Below, one piece after another: positions 44,798 to 55,368 of a DNA stretch of 64,000 bases. Below the pieces are notes generated by a model, which saw nothing but the letters and a program-made list of their open reading frames with translations, was not told where the DNA came from and searched no databases. Where the stretch lies: the IMG/VR virus record IMGVR_UViG_3300025168_000036; one strand, written 5' to 3'. The position numbers were made by a program, and so were the translations under genes. The DNA is from a virus. Position 1 is the first letter of the stretch, and each line of letters begins with the position of its first letter.

Positions 44798-45202
44798 TTA
44801 TATCCCTAGATTTCTTTTTTTCATCCAACCATCTCCATAATAAGAAAGAATTTCCTCATCTTTTTTAATATCTCTTATACACATAAATGAAAATATCTTA
44901 TCATCTTGAAACTGCCTGTGAGTTATATTTCTTTTGTCAGCTGTTTCTGAGCAATTATATATCATTCCAAAGCCTAATAGTATTGCAAAACTTTCTTCAA
45001 TTTGTCCTGTTTTTATTAATTTATTATACTTAAATATATAGTTGTGTAGCTCAGGTACAAAGTTTGCTTTATTAATTTCTATAAAGTAGCACTCTTCTAT
45101 TAGTTCGCCTACACTTATACTTTCTTTTGCAAATACTCCATATCCGTGTATATTGGACTTTCTAACTTCAATTTTATTATTTTTATATAATACATCCTTC
45201 AT
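44798..45202 (-). CDS. SET-domain protein
   Basis: VRKSNIHGYGVFAKESI..GELIEEC, GFGMIYNCS, RDIKKDEEILSYYG; start reassigned to ATG 45202. Confidence 0.85.
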   Translation of the reverse strand: MKDVLYKNNKIEVRKSNIHGYGVFAKESISVGELIEECYFIEINKANFVPELHNYIFKYNKLIKTGQIEESFAILLGFGMIYNCSETADKRNITHRQFQDDKIFSFMCIRDIKKDEEILSYYGDGWMKKRNLGI

Positions 45203-45206
45203 AATA

Positions 45207-48200
45207 TTAACCTTGTGGGCCTCCACCAGTATCTGGTATACTAGGGCCACCTCCTCCAAATATTGTTATTCCAGTATTAACACCGCCACCTACCTCTTGG
45301 ATGGTAGTATTTCCGGTAGCTACATCAGATGGATTGTTTGTCCAAGTATTTCCACCTTGAACCCATAGTCCATATAAATAATAATCTTTATTTGCTTTTT
45401 GGTTGTACCAGTTATAAAACTCTAGCTTAAAGTCCATTATTTCGCCATATTGCTCTGTTCCTAGTTTTATTTGCATACCAAAGTCTGCAGGTGTGAAGCC
45501 TGTTTGATTTTTATTCTTTATAGATATTTCTGACAATATCCATTGACCTCCTGTAATAATAAATCTTATTTTATTGTCTGATGTTGTTGGCCCATCTGTT
45601 GAAAAGTTTGCGAATTGCTTTCCAAATGAGAGTACCTCACCTCCTGCAGCTTGATCTGGATGTATAAAGTATGTCCTTACATATTTTCCAAAATTGTGTT
45701 CGTATAATGGGTCATCAGCTTCTTGTACTGGGAATGCAGATCCTGTCATATAAACATGCAAGCAAGGAGGATTATGGCCAGTTGGTGCACCATCACTACC
45801 AGTTGTAAATGCAGCGTATTGTTTTGCATTTAACACAAAAGACAGCTCATAAGGTGTTGCTGAGCTAAGTTTTATTCCTGTTGTTGTTTTTATATCATAG
45901 AATGACCTTGCCTTTCCAGGTTGCAAATTCACACCATTAAGAGGTGCAGAAAAACTTGAATATCCAGGTGGTAAATATAGTAAGCCATTTCCATTCTGTT
46001 GCATATTATCTGCAGTTGCATTATCCCAAGATTGACTTACCAGATCATTTCCTAAACCACAAACAATTGAGCCTAATATGATTGCGTCACTAATTGATGC
46101 AGTTGGGTATGGAGGATAATTACCATTTGGATTAGACTCATTTGCATATATAGTCCCTCCTACACCGCCCCACTCAATGTTATATTCAGCTAATGATGTA
46201 GATACTGCAGCTGAGTTACCTCCTGCATCTGTATCTGGAAAGTGGTGAGTTAGATAAGTACCAGAACCTGTGTACCAGTTATTATCTATTGTTTCGAAAC
46301 TATCAAAGAAGCCAATGCTTGATATAGGTCTATTGGAACTTTCTGATATTAATAGTTCAATTCTTTCTACTATTTGCTCATCCATAAACTCCCAAGACTT
46401 AACTCCGGCCTGAGGTCTTCTAAATACTTTTACCTTATATACATCTCCTGTAATTGGTTGCATATTTTGTATTCTAAAGTTAAGATATGATACTATATTA
46501 TTTACTTGAAATTGTTGTGGCTGTTGAGCATAAGACATAGAGCACTTTATGCCTTGATTAACCCACTCATTAAAAAAGTTTGTTTTTATAATATTACCAT
46601 AAGTAGGACTAGTTGGATTTGCCGACCAAAGGTTTGTGTCTATGTCATGAACTACAGGTGATGTATAATCTTGGATAGTGCCTCCTGCCCAAAAGTTATT
46701 TTTTATTGTTGAAGCTGTAGTAGGATTATCATAATATATCATAGTTAAGAATCTAGGTAGATCAATCTTAGGAGTAGACTGCCCTCCAGTTGGGGGTGGA
46801 GGAGGTGGTGGTGGAAAAGGAGGGAATGGCGGCCACCAATCATCAAATCCTATACCTCCACCTCCTAAGTCTACCTTTCCATCTATTGTTAATCCTTGTG
46901 CTTTTCCATCATAAGCCATCTCTCCATCGAAATATGGCATACCACCACCAGGAGTAAATGTTATCGTATCAGTTTCTATTGCATTTGTATACTGATCTGT
47001 AAACTGATCTGAATGTACCATTGCACTTCTAGTAAATACAAACGACCACGGCTTAGGTTGAATTGTTACTTGATTTTGATTGTGGCCTCCAGTACCAGGG
47101 TGTATTGTAGCCCTAAAAGGAATTGTCTGACCTGCATATTGTGGCTTATACCATAACATATACTTTTGGTGGTGCTCATTAGGATTCTGTCCATACTGAT
47201 TCCACCCAGGAGTTATACCTCCGTCATTTGAAGCTTCATTTATTAGGTGTATATTTGTAGGTGTATTTGTTCCTTGGTGATTATATTCAAATGCACCATA
47301 GCTGACTTTTTGTGTAGGTGAAAAGAACTCCCACCCACTTGCGCCTCCGTATGAAGAGCCATACCCACTACCACCTAATGACTCAAATGCTTGTTGTCCA
47401 AGCTTAATAAGTTTAAACCCATATCTAGAGTCTAAAAACCTTGGATGATAAGTTGCACCATCAACTACAGTGTCTGTTGGTGGTTCACCCGACATTGATG
47501 TAATAAAGGTATCCCACTCATTATCTTCAAATTCTGTGGTTGCATTTGTGTTGTCTCTAAGGGCATCAAACCTTGTCCATATACCTGCACTAGATCTACC
47601 TGTCATATCATTTCCAAAGAATTCATGGAATACACCTGCCATATAAAATGCATCTGTCCCCATCCCACCGTCTTCATACTGGAATCCAAAGTCTACATAT
47701 CCATCGCCACCTTCCGTACCTATTGTATATACACCTGCCCCTACAGGATTACCTAGAGCATCATCCCCATTTTCAACCCAGCCAGCTGTATTACCACTTC
47801 CGCCACCATCTGGGTCTAATGTACTTATTGCAGAATAATATGAAGGTTCTACATGGTCTGTCCAGCCTGTATTTGATCTTATTGATGATGTTATATTTGC
47901 AGTAGATATTGGGCCAAAGTCGTAAACTCCATCTGGGAAGTTTGGTGTCCCAATACTAAAATAATTTCCCGAAGTTGCGCCAGCATCTGTGTGGTATGTG
48001 TCACCTTGATTTGCAGTATTTGAGTTATATAAAGCATGGACTAAACCTTCACCCACAGAGTGTGACTCATTAGGAGCCCAGAATGAGTGTGATGCTAGCA
48101 GCCTCCACATATCATATCCGCTAATTGAGAATCCGTATGCAGATTCAATTCCTTGAAATGTTAAGCTGTCTATGTCCATACACTGAACATTTATTCCTGC

Positions 48201-49199
48201 TCCATTGGCATACGGGCCTCCCCCACCTCCTTGCAAGGTTGCATAGACTGAAGGTAACGATTGAGATATATTTCTGGAGCCTGCAAAGTTTGCTCCTCCC
48301 CATACGTGAACAATACCTGGGTCTTGATACCCTTGTTGTCTACCACTACCTGTTTGAACTCCAATTTTTATTACATTTTCATTTGTTGAAGTGTTGAAAT
48401 ATTCATGCCAACCTGGTATTCTTGTCCCTGCAACTGGATTAATTTCACCATTTGGTTCCAATTCTGAGTGATATGTGCTGTACATTGCAGACATTGAATA
48501 ATAGATATGAGTATCCATTGTTTCAAGATTATCACTAGTTAAATAGTTATATGAAAATGTAGCCTCAGATACAGATGCAGAAAGCTGGTATGTAGAACCT
48601 TCTTGTTCTGTGTTATATTTTGTCCTGTCGTAATCTAAAAATATTAATTCACTACTATTTGGTCTAAAAGGTTCAATTACTATATCCTTTGACCACCTAA
48701 CATTTATTTGCCCATAATATTTCGCTACATCAGGGTCTGGATTATTTTGAATAAGTGCTCCATCTGGTGTTCTTGCTGCAACACCTGCCATTACTAGCTT
48801 TCCTATACCTGGAGCTGCGTCCTCTTGTACCCAAACTGCTAAACATCTTTTTCCACCTTTTGCATCAAGAATTGTATTGTTATTCAAATTAGACCATAAT
48901 CTATCTATTCCGTATTCTGTAACTTCTACAAATATATTATCACCATTTGAATCTAAAACTTCAATAAGAATTTCAGTATCTTTCTCTAGGAATACATCAT
49001 CACCTAATAAGAATATAGCATTCTTTCCACCTTCAAATTGTACTGGAGACTGAATTACCTTAAAGTATTGTGAGCTCATTGCACTAGTATCCTCTATGAG
49101 AATATCTTTATCTAAAAGATCCCAGTATTCAATATTTTGCCTTCCGGCAATAAAACTGTCTCCGTATATATCAATACCTGTTTCGATACTATTTGGCAT
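45207..49199 (-). CDS. Large virion structural protein (tail/baseplate-associated)
   Basis: 1330 aa; Gly/Thr/Asn-rich; polyproline linker; AGGAG SD and class I promoter. Confidence 0.7.
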   Translation of the reverse strand: MPNSIETGIDIYGDSFIAGRQNIEYWDLLDKDILIEDTSAMSSQYFKVIQSPVQFEGGKNAIFLLGDDVFLEKDTEILIEVLDSNGDNIFVEVTEYGIDRLWSNLNNNTILDAKGGKRCLAVWVQEDAAPGIGKLVMAGVAARTPDGALIQNNPDPDVAKYYGQINVRWSKDIVIEPFRPNSSELIFLDYDRTKYNTEQEGSTYQLSASVSEATFSYNYLTSDNLETMDTHIYYSMSAMYSTYHSELEPNGEINPVAGTRIPGWHEYFNTSTNENVIKIGVQTGSGRQQGYQDPGIVHVWGGANFAGSRNISQSLPSVYATLQGGGGGPYANGAGINVQCMDIDSLTFQGIESAYGFSISGYDMWRLLASHSFWAPNESHSVGEGLVHALYNSNTANQGDTYHTDAGATSGNYFSIGTPNFPDGVYDFGPISTANITSSIRSNTGWTDHVEPSYYSAISTLDPDGGGSGNTAGWVENGDDALGNPVGAGVYTIGTEGGDGYVDFGFQYEDGGMGTDAFYMAGVFHEFFGNDMTGRSSAGIWTRFDALRDNTNATTEFEDNEWDTFITSMSGEPPTDTVVDGATYHPRFLDSRYGFKLIKLGQQAFESLGGSGYGSSYGGASGWEFFSPTQKVSYGAFEYNHQGTNTPTNIHLINEASNDGGITPGWNQYGQNPNEHHQKYMLWYKPQYAGQTIPFRATIHPGTGGHNQNQVTIQPKPWSFVFTRSAMVHSDQFTDQYTNAIETDTITFTPGGGMPYFDGEMAYDGKAQGLTIDGKVDLGGGGIGFDDWWPPFPPFPPPPPPPPTGGQSTPKIDLPRFLTMIYYDNPTTASTIKNNFWAGGTIQDYTSPVVHDIDTNLWSANPTSPTYGNIIKTNFFNEWVNQGIKCSMSYAQQPQQFQVNNIVSYLNFRIQNMQPITGDVYKVKVFRRPQAGVKSWEFMDEQIVERIELLISESSNRPISSIGFFDSFETIDNNWYTGSGTYLTHHFPDTDAGGNSAAVSTSLAEYNIEWGGVGGTIYANESNPNGNYPPYPTASISDAIILGSIVCGLGNDLVSQSWDNATADNMQQNGNGLLYLPPGYSSFSAPLNGVNLQPGKARSFYDIKTTTGIKLSSATPYELSFVLNAKQYAAFTTGSDGAPTGHNPPCLHVYMTGSAFPVQEADDPLYEHNFGKYVRTYFIHPDQAAGGEVLSFGKQFANFSTDGPTTSDNKIRFIITGGQWILSEISIKNKNQTGFTPADFGMQIKLGTEQYGEIMDFKLEFYNWYNQKANKDYYLYGLWVQGGNTWTNNPSDVATGNTTIQEVGGGVNTGITIFGGGGPSIPDTGGGPQG

Positions 49200-49216
49200 A
49201 GTTAGCTCCTTTTAAT

Positions 49217-49226
49217 AATAAATATC
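49217..49226 (-). promoter_or_regulatory. Class I promoter
   Basis: GATATTTATT overlapping the upstream stop codon. Confidence 0.7.
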
Positions 49227-52200
49227 AATAGATGATATTACTGAATCCTGACTGTTTGGTTATTTCAATAGATTCATCACTCATGTCCTTCATAACATCA
49301 ATGTGGGATATTATAAAAATAAATTCAAATTCTGTTTTTAAGTATTCAAGCAATGTTGTCATTGAACTAAGGTTAGTTGAATCTAAGTTACCAAAGCCTT
49401 CATCTACAGCTAGGAAATTAGGCCTTGGCAGGTTTGACACATTTATTAATGCAACTCTTATTGCTAGAGATGCTATAAACTTTTCCATACCTGATGTTAG
49501 CTCTAGTGGCCAAGTATTAATATCATCATATACTATATTTGCAAGTATATTTTTGCCATCAACACTAAATGTTATTGAGAACTCAACTATCTGTGAAAGT
49601 ATATTATTAACTTCTTCTTGTATATAAGGTAAGACATTTGTTATAATGTCATAAGGTATCCCATCTCTCTTAAGTGCAGTTAAGTAATACTCATATGCTT
49701 TCTGTTTGCTTTCAAGATCATGAGCTTTTTCTATTAAGTCATTTATTGATTTTATCTTATTTTCTGCCAGCTTAATATCACTAAAGGCACTTGTTGTGAC
49801 ACCTTCGGCACCTACAAGTTCTATATCTAAGTTTGCTTTTTGCTTATCCAAAACTTCTATCTCAGAATTTATTGTTTTATTATCAGCTATTGCTTGTTCA
49901 TTCTTATTATATCGTTTAATATCTCTATTAATTATTCTTAGGTCAGACTTTAGTGTACTTATATCAGATTCTCTATTTGCCGTTTTTGCTTTTATTTCTG
50001 ATTGGTATTGCTTTATTGTTGATACCTCTCTTTCTAAGTCTGTGTGTAGCTGTATATCTGTAAAATTAGAGTTTTTTACCATAGTTTCTTCTAGTAATAT
50101 CTTTTTGTCTAGTAGGCTCCTTACATCACTCTTTAATTTTACTATATCTTCTTTTGCCTTATATGCAGACTTTACAAACTCATTGTCACAACAAAAATTA
50201 CAATTGGGGTCGTATTTGTGTGTGTCAAGCTTTGATATTAAATCTAATTTATTTTTTACTGACACTTTTATAAGCTCAATATTTTGCTTTATCTTTCTAT
50301 AATCAACCTCTGCAGTATCATATATCTTCTTAGTCTTATTTGCCAAGTCTAAGTCTATTGATGCTAAGTCTTTTGCTATTTGCCTATATGACTTTTTATT
50401 TTCTTCAGTATAGTTTTTATATTTCTGCAGCTTTTTATTATGTTCATTAATTGAGTTCTCTACAGATACCTTTCTTGATTCTAGCTTATTAATGTCCAAT
50501 GTGTCATCTATTCTACTGAGAGTCTTTGACAGAGACCTTATTTTAACATTTATATTTGCTATTTCTTTTTTAATAACTTTTAATTCAGAGTCTTCTTTTT
50601 CCCAAATAAGCTTTGCTTTGTCACAATCATCTTCTGCATCTACCAGCTCCTGTGAATAGTCTGTCTTCTTAAAGTCTTTTAATAGTGCCTGTACATCCCT
50701 TATCTCCTCATTGGCTATTTGGTATAGCTCTTCAAATACTGTTATATCTAAGAATTGTGCCAATAGATCTTTCTTTTCAAGCTGAGTTTTATCTATAAAG
50801 CCTGTATTATTATTTTGTACAGACATTGCAGTTAGAATAAAGTCATCATATGTCCCTAGGTATCCTTGAATGTTTTGGTTTGTGTATACTCTTTGCTCAC
50901 CATTAAGTGATATCTTTTCGCCACCTTCGCCATCCATCCAAAAGTCTACCACTACTTTTACATGGCCATTCTTTTCTTTCTTACCTTTTCTTTCAATGTA
51001 ATAATTGACACCATCTATTTCAAAATTAAAATAGCAATCAAAATTTGACCTTTGGTTGTTTAATACATCTCCTGCAGACTTTGTTCTAGAGCATTTGTCA
51101 AATATACAATATGATAATGCATCTAATAGAGCAGATTTACCCATATGATTTTTTGCAAATAAGCCTACGACACCTTTTGTTTTTGAAAAGTCAATACTAT
51201 TACCAGTACCATAACTAAACATATTTGAAAACTTAAATAGCTTAGGCTTCCAATTTATATGTCTAGATACAGCAACATTGGATAGGCTTTGGTTAAGTGC
51301 TCTATTTATGTTCTTTATTCGGTTTAAGACGTCTGTCTCGATTGAAAAATTTCTAGTTAAATAGTCATCAATCAATCTGTTCTGATAATTGACATCTCTA
51401 GTATCCTTCGTTAATGAACGAGCTTTACGATTCTCTCCTGTATTTAATATATTATCTTTCTTAATTGTGACTATGTCAGATGTCTTGCATTTTCTTTTAA
51501 TCTGCGCTATTATCTTTTTTAACTCAGCCTGTGTTGTATTCTCTGTTCTTAGCCTTACCCTTGGATATTTTGGAATATCACTTATATCAGGCTTTGCACC
51601 ACCTACTACATCTATTGTATAATATCCATAGTCATTATCTAACTGAAAGAATTTATGTTTTCTCTTTTCTACATCCCATAGTGAATAGCCGTGACCGTTA
51701 AATGCTTCTCCAAAGTTTTGCTGTATTAGTGAACCTACATAGTGAATTCTCTTCTTTTTATCTAAAAACTGGTGTTTATGTATATCACCTAATAGTGCAA
51801 GGTCATATCCAGAAAACATAGATACTTTTAGATCATCATTTGACACTTTAAACCCAATATCTGTAGTTGAACTGTTTACTGGTCCATGGAACAAAGCTAT
51901 CTTTGTCTTTGCATTAAATGAATCAGCTTTTATAAATGTGTGTGGTTCATCAAAGACACTAAAGACTGCAAAGTGTGTGTCTGCAATCTCATATACACCA
52001 GAATCTTTTAAGTAGTGAAGTTGTGGGTGATTAAGATTGTCTATTATAGGAGACAATGAATCCATCCTACTGCTGTTATTTAGATTTGTATCATGATTTC
52101 CTGTAATTACAATTGTGTGCCTTTTGTCTGCTAGCTTCTTAAAGAACTCAGATGTTAGGTCAATTAATTCAGGTGATATATCTGTCTTATTATGTACAAT

Positions 52201-52365
52201 ATCCCCACCTACATATACAATTGCATTCTCCGGTAGCTCAGATACTGCTTTATATAACTTTCTAAATATGTGTCTATATTCTTTATGCCTTTGGTAGTTT
52301 CTTATGTGGATATCTGCAATGTGTAATATACTTTCTAGCTTATCAAAGCCTACATTAATTTTCAT
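49225..52365 (-). CDS. Fused Mre11/SbcD nuclease and Rad50/SbcC ATPase (T4 gp47-gp46-like)
   Basis: ADIH, GGDIVH, TGNHD, FHG, GDIH; Walker A AKNHMGKS; coiled coil with CNFC hook; TSGMEK signature; AVDEGFG; ISH. Confidence 0.92.
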   Translation of the reverse strand: MKINVGFDKLESILHIADIHIRNYQRHKEYRHIFRKLYKAVSELPENAIVYVGGDIVHNKTDISPELIDLTSEFFKKLADKRHTIVITGNHDTNLNNSSRMDSLSPIIDNLNHPQLHYLKDSGVYEIADTHFAVFSVFDEPHTFIKADSFNAKTKIALFHGPVNSSTTDIGFKVSNDDLKVSMFSGYDLALLGDIHKHQFLDKKKRIHYVGSLIQQNFGEAFNGHGYSLWDVEKRKHKFFQLDNDYGYYTIDVVGGAKPDISDIPKYPRVRLRTENTTQAELKKIIAQIKRKCKTSDIVTIKKDNILNTGENRKARSLTKDTRDVNYQNRLIDDYLTRNFSIETDVLNRIKNINRALNQSLSNVAVSRHINWKPKLFKFSNMFSYGTGNSIDFSKTKGVVGLFAKNHMGKSALLDALSYCIFDKCSRTKSAGDVLNNQRSNFDCYFNFEIDGVNYYIERKGKKEKNGHVKVVVDFWMDGEGGEKISLNGEQRVYTNQNIQGYLGTYDDFILTAMSVQNNNTGFIDKTQLEKKDLLAQFLDITVFEELYQIANEEIRDVQALLKDFKKTDYSQELVDAEDDCDKAKLIWEKEDSELKVIKKEIANINVKIRSLSKTLSRIDDTLDINKLESRKVSVENSINEHNKKLQKYKNYTEENKKSYRQIAKDLASIDLDLANKTKKIYDTAEVDYRKIKQNIELIKVSVKNKLDLISKLDTHKYDPNCNFCCDNEFVKSAYKAKEDIVKLKSDVRSLLDKKILLEETMVKNSNFTDIQLHTDLEREVSTIKQYQSEIKAKTANRESDISTLKSDLRIINRDIKRYNKNEQAIADNKTINSEIEVLDKQKANLDIELVGAEGVTTSAFSDIKLAENKIKSINDLIEKAHDLESKQKAYEYYLTALKRDGIPYDIITNVLPYIQEEVNNILSQIVEFSITFSVDGKNILANIVYDDINTWPLELTSGMEKFIASLAIRVALINVSNLPRPNFLAVDEGFGNLDSTNLSSMTTLLEYLKTEFEFIFIISHIDVMKDMSDESIEITKQSGFSNIIY

Positions 52366-53266
52366 ATAATTTATACTCCATAATCTTCGCGAATGTTAGA
52401 GAATTTGTATTCTCTATTATTTCATTTATTTTTTTTCTACCAAGTTCGTTTGGATCTTTTCCTGGCATTTCTACTAGCCTAACATCAACCCCACAGCCCA
52501 TAAAATATTCTGCATGCCTTATTGCGTCAACCTTAGCATCATCATCTAATACTATATTTATTTTTTTAACATTCTTTTCTATAATTTTCTTTCTTAGCTC
52601 ATTAGATATTAGCTTCCCAAAAAGTGGTATTGCATTGTTATTAACTGTCATAGCATCTATTGGGCCTTCAACTATTGTTAGTGGTGATGACCAATCAACT
52701 AATAGTTCAAATCCTATAATGTCCTTAGACACTTGTGGATTTTTATGCTTAAAACTTGTATCATAAAAGGATCTTCCTGTAAAGTAGTTTAATTCGCCAT
52801 TGTGATCGTAGCTTGGTATTATAATCATGCCTGAGTATGGTCCATCTTCACAATAGCCTATGTTATATCTTAATATATCATATTTACTAAAGCCTCTTTT
52901 CATAATATATCTAAATGCATTTCTAAAGTCTGGGCTATTTCTATTACCTTCAATTATTGGAATATATTCATTTGGTAAACCTACTATTGTAGATGCTGTC
53001 TGCTTTGCTGTTGGGATTGCATCGCCAACCAAATTATAGTATTTTTTTATCTTGTCTTGAGATGCACCTACCTTCTTAAATATAGAGTATAGCTTTCTAC
53101 CTTTTTTGCCACAAACCCAGCATTGCCATTTTTGGCTTATTATGTTTATACTTAGCTTCTTCTTATGATGGCTACAATAAGGGCACTTAAATGATACCTC
53201 GTCATTATTAACGTGGCCATTTCCTAAGATACCTTCTAATAAGCTTATTACTCGAAAATTTGACAT
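52355..53266 (-). CDS. DNA primase (zinc finger plus TOPRIM)
   Basis: CPYC...CWVC; IVEGPIDA; VLDDDA; KDPNE. Confidence 0.9.
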   Translation of the reverse strand: MSNFRVISLLEGILGNGHVNNDEVSFKCPYCSHHKKKLSINIISQKWQCWVCGKKGRKLYSIFKKVGASQDKIKKYYNLVGDAIPTAKQTASTIVGLPNEYIPIIEGNRNSPDFRNAFRYIMKRGFSKYDILRYNIGYCEDGPYSGMIIIPSYDHNGELNYFTGRSFYDTSFKHKNPQVSKDIIGFELLVDWSSPLTIVEGPIDAMTVNNNAIPLFGKLISNELRKKIIEKNVKKINIVLDDDAKVDAIRHAEYFMGCGVDVRLVEMPGKDPNELGRKKINEIIENTNSLTFAKIMEYKLYEN

Positions 53267-53272
53267 AGTGTT

Positions 53273-53304
53273 AATATAACAAAATTTTGTGAATTACTTA
53301 AATT
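53273..53304 (-). promoter_or_regulatory. Class II promoter of primase
   Basis: AATTT(53304-53300)-N21-TATATT(53278-53273), 6 nt before ATG. Confidence 0.7.
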
Positions 53305-53702
53305 TATCTTAACCAATCTTCAGGAATTTCTTTACTAGCAAAAAGTATTTCATGCTTTGTACAGAAGTCTGCGTATGAAGTTTTTGAACCTTTTCTTATT
53401 TTTTGATTTTCATTTTGAAACACAATTCTTATATCTAAGTTTGGGTTTTGATCTTTTATCAGTAGATGCTTCTTTCTATCTTCTAGTGTCCATCTACCTT
53501 TAGTTTCTATTATTACACCATTTGGTAAAAAGAAGTCTGGGGTGTATGTTCTCTTCTTTTCAGGTACTGTAAATGATACCTTTTCAGATTCATACTTAAA
53601 TTTTATCTTTTTGCTTTCAAGCTGTAGAGCTGTGTCATATTCAAATCCACTCTTATAACCGTTTTTGATTGCAATCTTTCTTTTGTTTGATTTTCTTGCC
53701 AT
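53304..53702 (-). CDS. T7 endonuclease I-like Holliday junction resolvase
   Basis: YKSGFE, YTPDFFLPNGVIIETKGR, DRKKHLLIK, LDIRIVF, IPEDW. Confidence 0.92.
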   Translation of the reverse strand: MARKSNKRKIAIKNGYKSGFEYDTALQLESKKIKFKYESEKVSFTVPEKKRTYTPDFFLPNGVIIETKGRWTLEDRKKHLLIKDQNPNLDIRIVFQNENQKIRKGSKTSYADFCTKHEILFASKEIPEDWLR

Positions 53703-53704
53703 AT

Positions 53705-54370
53705 TTAATGATAACCATTTAATAGTTCTAATAGGTCATCTATTGCAGCATGTCTATGATTATCTGTTAGAACTGTTTTATATACATATTTTGAATTAAT
53801 TAATTTTGCCATGTCATGATAGGCTGAGTAGTTTTTATCTTTTAGATCCATTTGATATGAGTCTCCACAAAATATCATTGTTGAGTCTTTTCCTAACCTT
53901 CCAATTGCCATTGCCAATTGACTTCTAGTTAAGTTTTGAAACTCATCAACAATAACAATTGATCTATCAAATGTCCTACCTCTAAAGTGTGCAAGGGATA
54001 CTAGTTCAATTTGTTCAGCTAGCTCCATCCTATCTAAAATTTCTGGTTTATTATAGATCTTTCTCATGTTTGATCTAATTGGTACAAGCCACGGCTCCAT
54101 CTTTTCTTTTTCTGAGCCAGGCAAAAAACCATTGTCTTCAGTTGCAATAGTTGGCCTTGTAATTATTATCTTATTACATTGTCTCTTGAAAAATTGGTCT
54201 AGTGCAACTTGTACAGCTAGTAAAGTTTTTCCACTACCTGCCTTACCTACAATAAAATTAAATGGGTGTTTTAATATCTCTGCCTTTGCTGCTTTTTGCT
54301 CTGCAGATAGACTTAATGAAAACCTTACTGCACCTTTTGGTGCTTTTTTATCAATATTTGCTTTAGTCAA
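53705..54370 (-). CDS. phoH: PhoH-family ATPase
   Basis: GKAGSGKT, ITRP, GFLPG, RGRTF, VDEFQN, GDSYQMD; TTG start with GGGAG SD. Confidence 0.93.
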   Translation of the reverse strand: MTKANIDKKAPKGAVRFSLSLSAEQKAAKAEILKHPFNFIVGKAGSGKTLLAVQVALDQFFKRQCNKIIITRPTIATEDNGFLPGSEKEKMEPWLVPIRSNMRKIYNKPEILDRMELAEQIELVSLAHFRGRTFDRSIVIVDEFQNLTRSQLAMAIGRLGKDSTMIFCGDSYQMDLKDKNYSAYHDMAKLINSKYVYKTVLTDNHRHAAIDDLLELLNGYH

Positions 54371-54390
54371 AATGTGACTCCCTTTATTTT

Positions 54391-55356
54391 TTAAGCATCA
54401 AATCTTACAACAATACTTATGTCATAATCATTTGAATTTTTTAGTGGTCTTGCAAGCTTACCAGTTGCACAAAGATCTCCACTATCATTATATAAACCTA
54501 CAGTAGTTATATATGGAGAAAATGCACTTGATGTCACAACACTTCTTAATATATAGCTACCTGTTCCTTCGGCTCCTGCAGCAACTCCATTGTTTGAGCC
54601 ACTTAATATTGTTGGATTAACTGATTGATTATATTCGCCATCCTGTATTGTGCAATAGTATTCATGTTCAGTCATTGAAAGAGTACTTTTAAAGTATATA
54701 TTCCTTGTTCCAGCAAATGCATTACCATTTTCATTCTCCATTTCTGAATAAAGAAGATCTGCCCCAGCTCCCTGTATAACTATAATTCCTGAGCCATAGA
54801 ATATATTTCCTTTATGGAATCCGGCAGGGTTAGTAATATTTCCATTGCCATCGTCTATCAAGCTGAAGCCAATGCCACCAGAGTGTGATACTACCAATGA
54901 TCCAGGCTTTATACCTTCACCTATTACATTTGTAGGCAATTGCCAAATTGATCCTGTTGTAAAAGATGCAGCAGGGTTATAGAAGCTATTTGTGTTTCTT
55001 AGTCTATTGTATTCATGTGCATTCTGGCTTGTATGTTCAGACACACCATCAACAAAAGACTGGCTTATTGAACCTGTTCTGTAAAACGTATGTAGTAGAC
55101 TTGAGTATACTAGTCTGTCATATAATGGTCCAGTTGTTGTGCTACCAGTACTACTTTGTATTGAAGCTATACCTTCGTCATCACCGAAAAATTGGCTTGC
55201 ACTATAGTATGCTCCATATCCACTATGTCTCTTATACTTACCGTATTTGAATCCAAGTGTGGTAAGATCTGTGTGATGAATATTCCACTCTTTGTGTGAT
55301 TTAAAGTCTTGTATGGAGATGTCATCAGGAAGTAAATCCTTATAAGTAATTGACAT
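54391..55356 (-). CDS. Virion structural protein, paralogue of 55369-56466
   Basis: C-terminal EYNQSVNPT...PYITTVGLYND..LCATGKLARPLK..VRFD. Confidence 0.75.
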   Translation of the reverse strand: MSITYKDLLPDDISIQDFKSHKEWNIHHTDLTTLGFKYGKYKRHSGYGAYYSASQFFGDDEGIASIQSSTGSTTTGPLYDRLVYSSLLHTFYRTGSISQSFVDGVSEHTSQNAHEYNRLRNTNSFYNPAASFTTGSIWQLPTNVIGEGIKPGSLVVSHSGGIGFSLIDDGNGNITNPAGFHKGNIFYGSGIIVIQGAGADLLYSEMENENGNAFAGTRNIYFKSTLSMTEHEYYCTIQDGEYNQSVNPTILSGSNNGVAAGAEGTGSYILRSVVTSSAFSPYITTVGLYNDSGDLCATGKLARPLKNSNDYDISIVVRFDA

Positions 55357-55368
55357 TGCTTATCTCCT

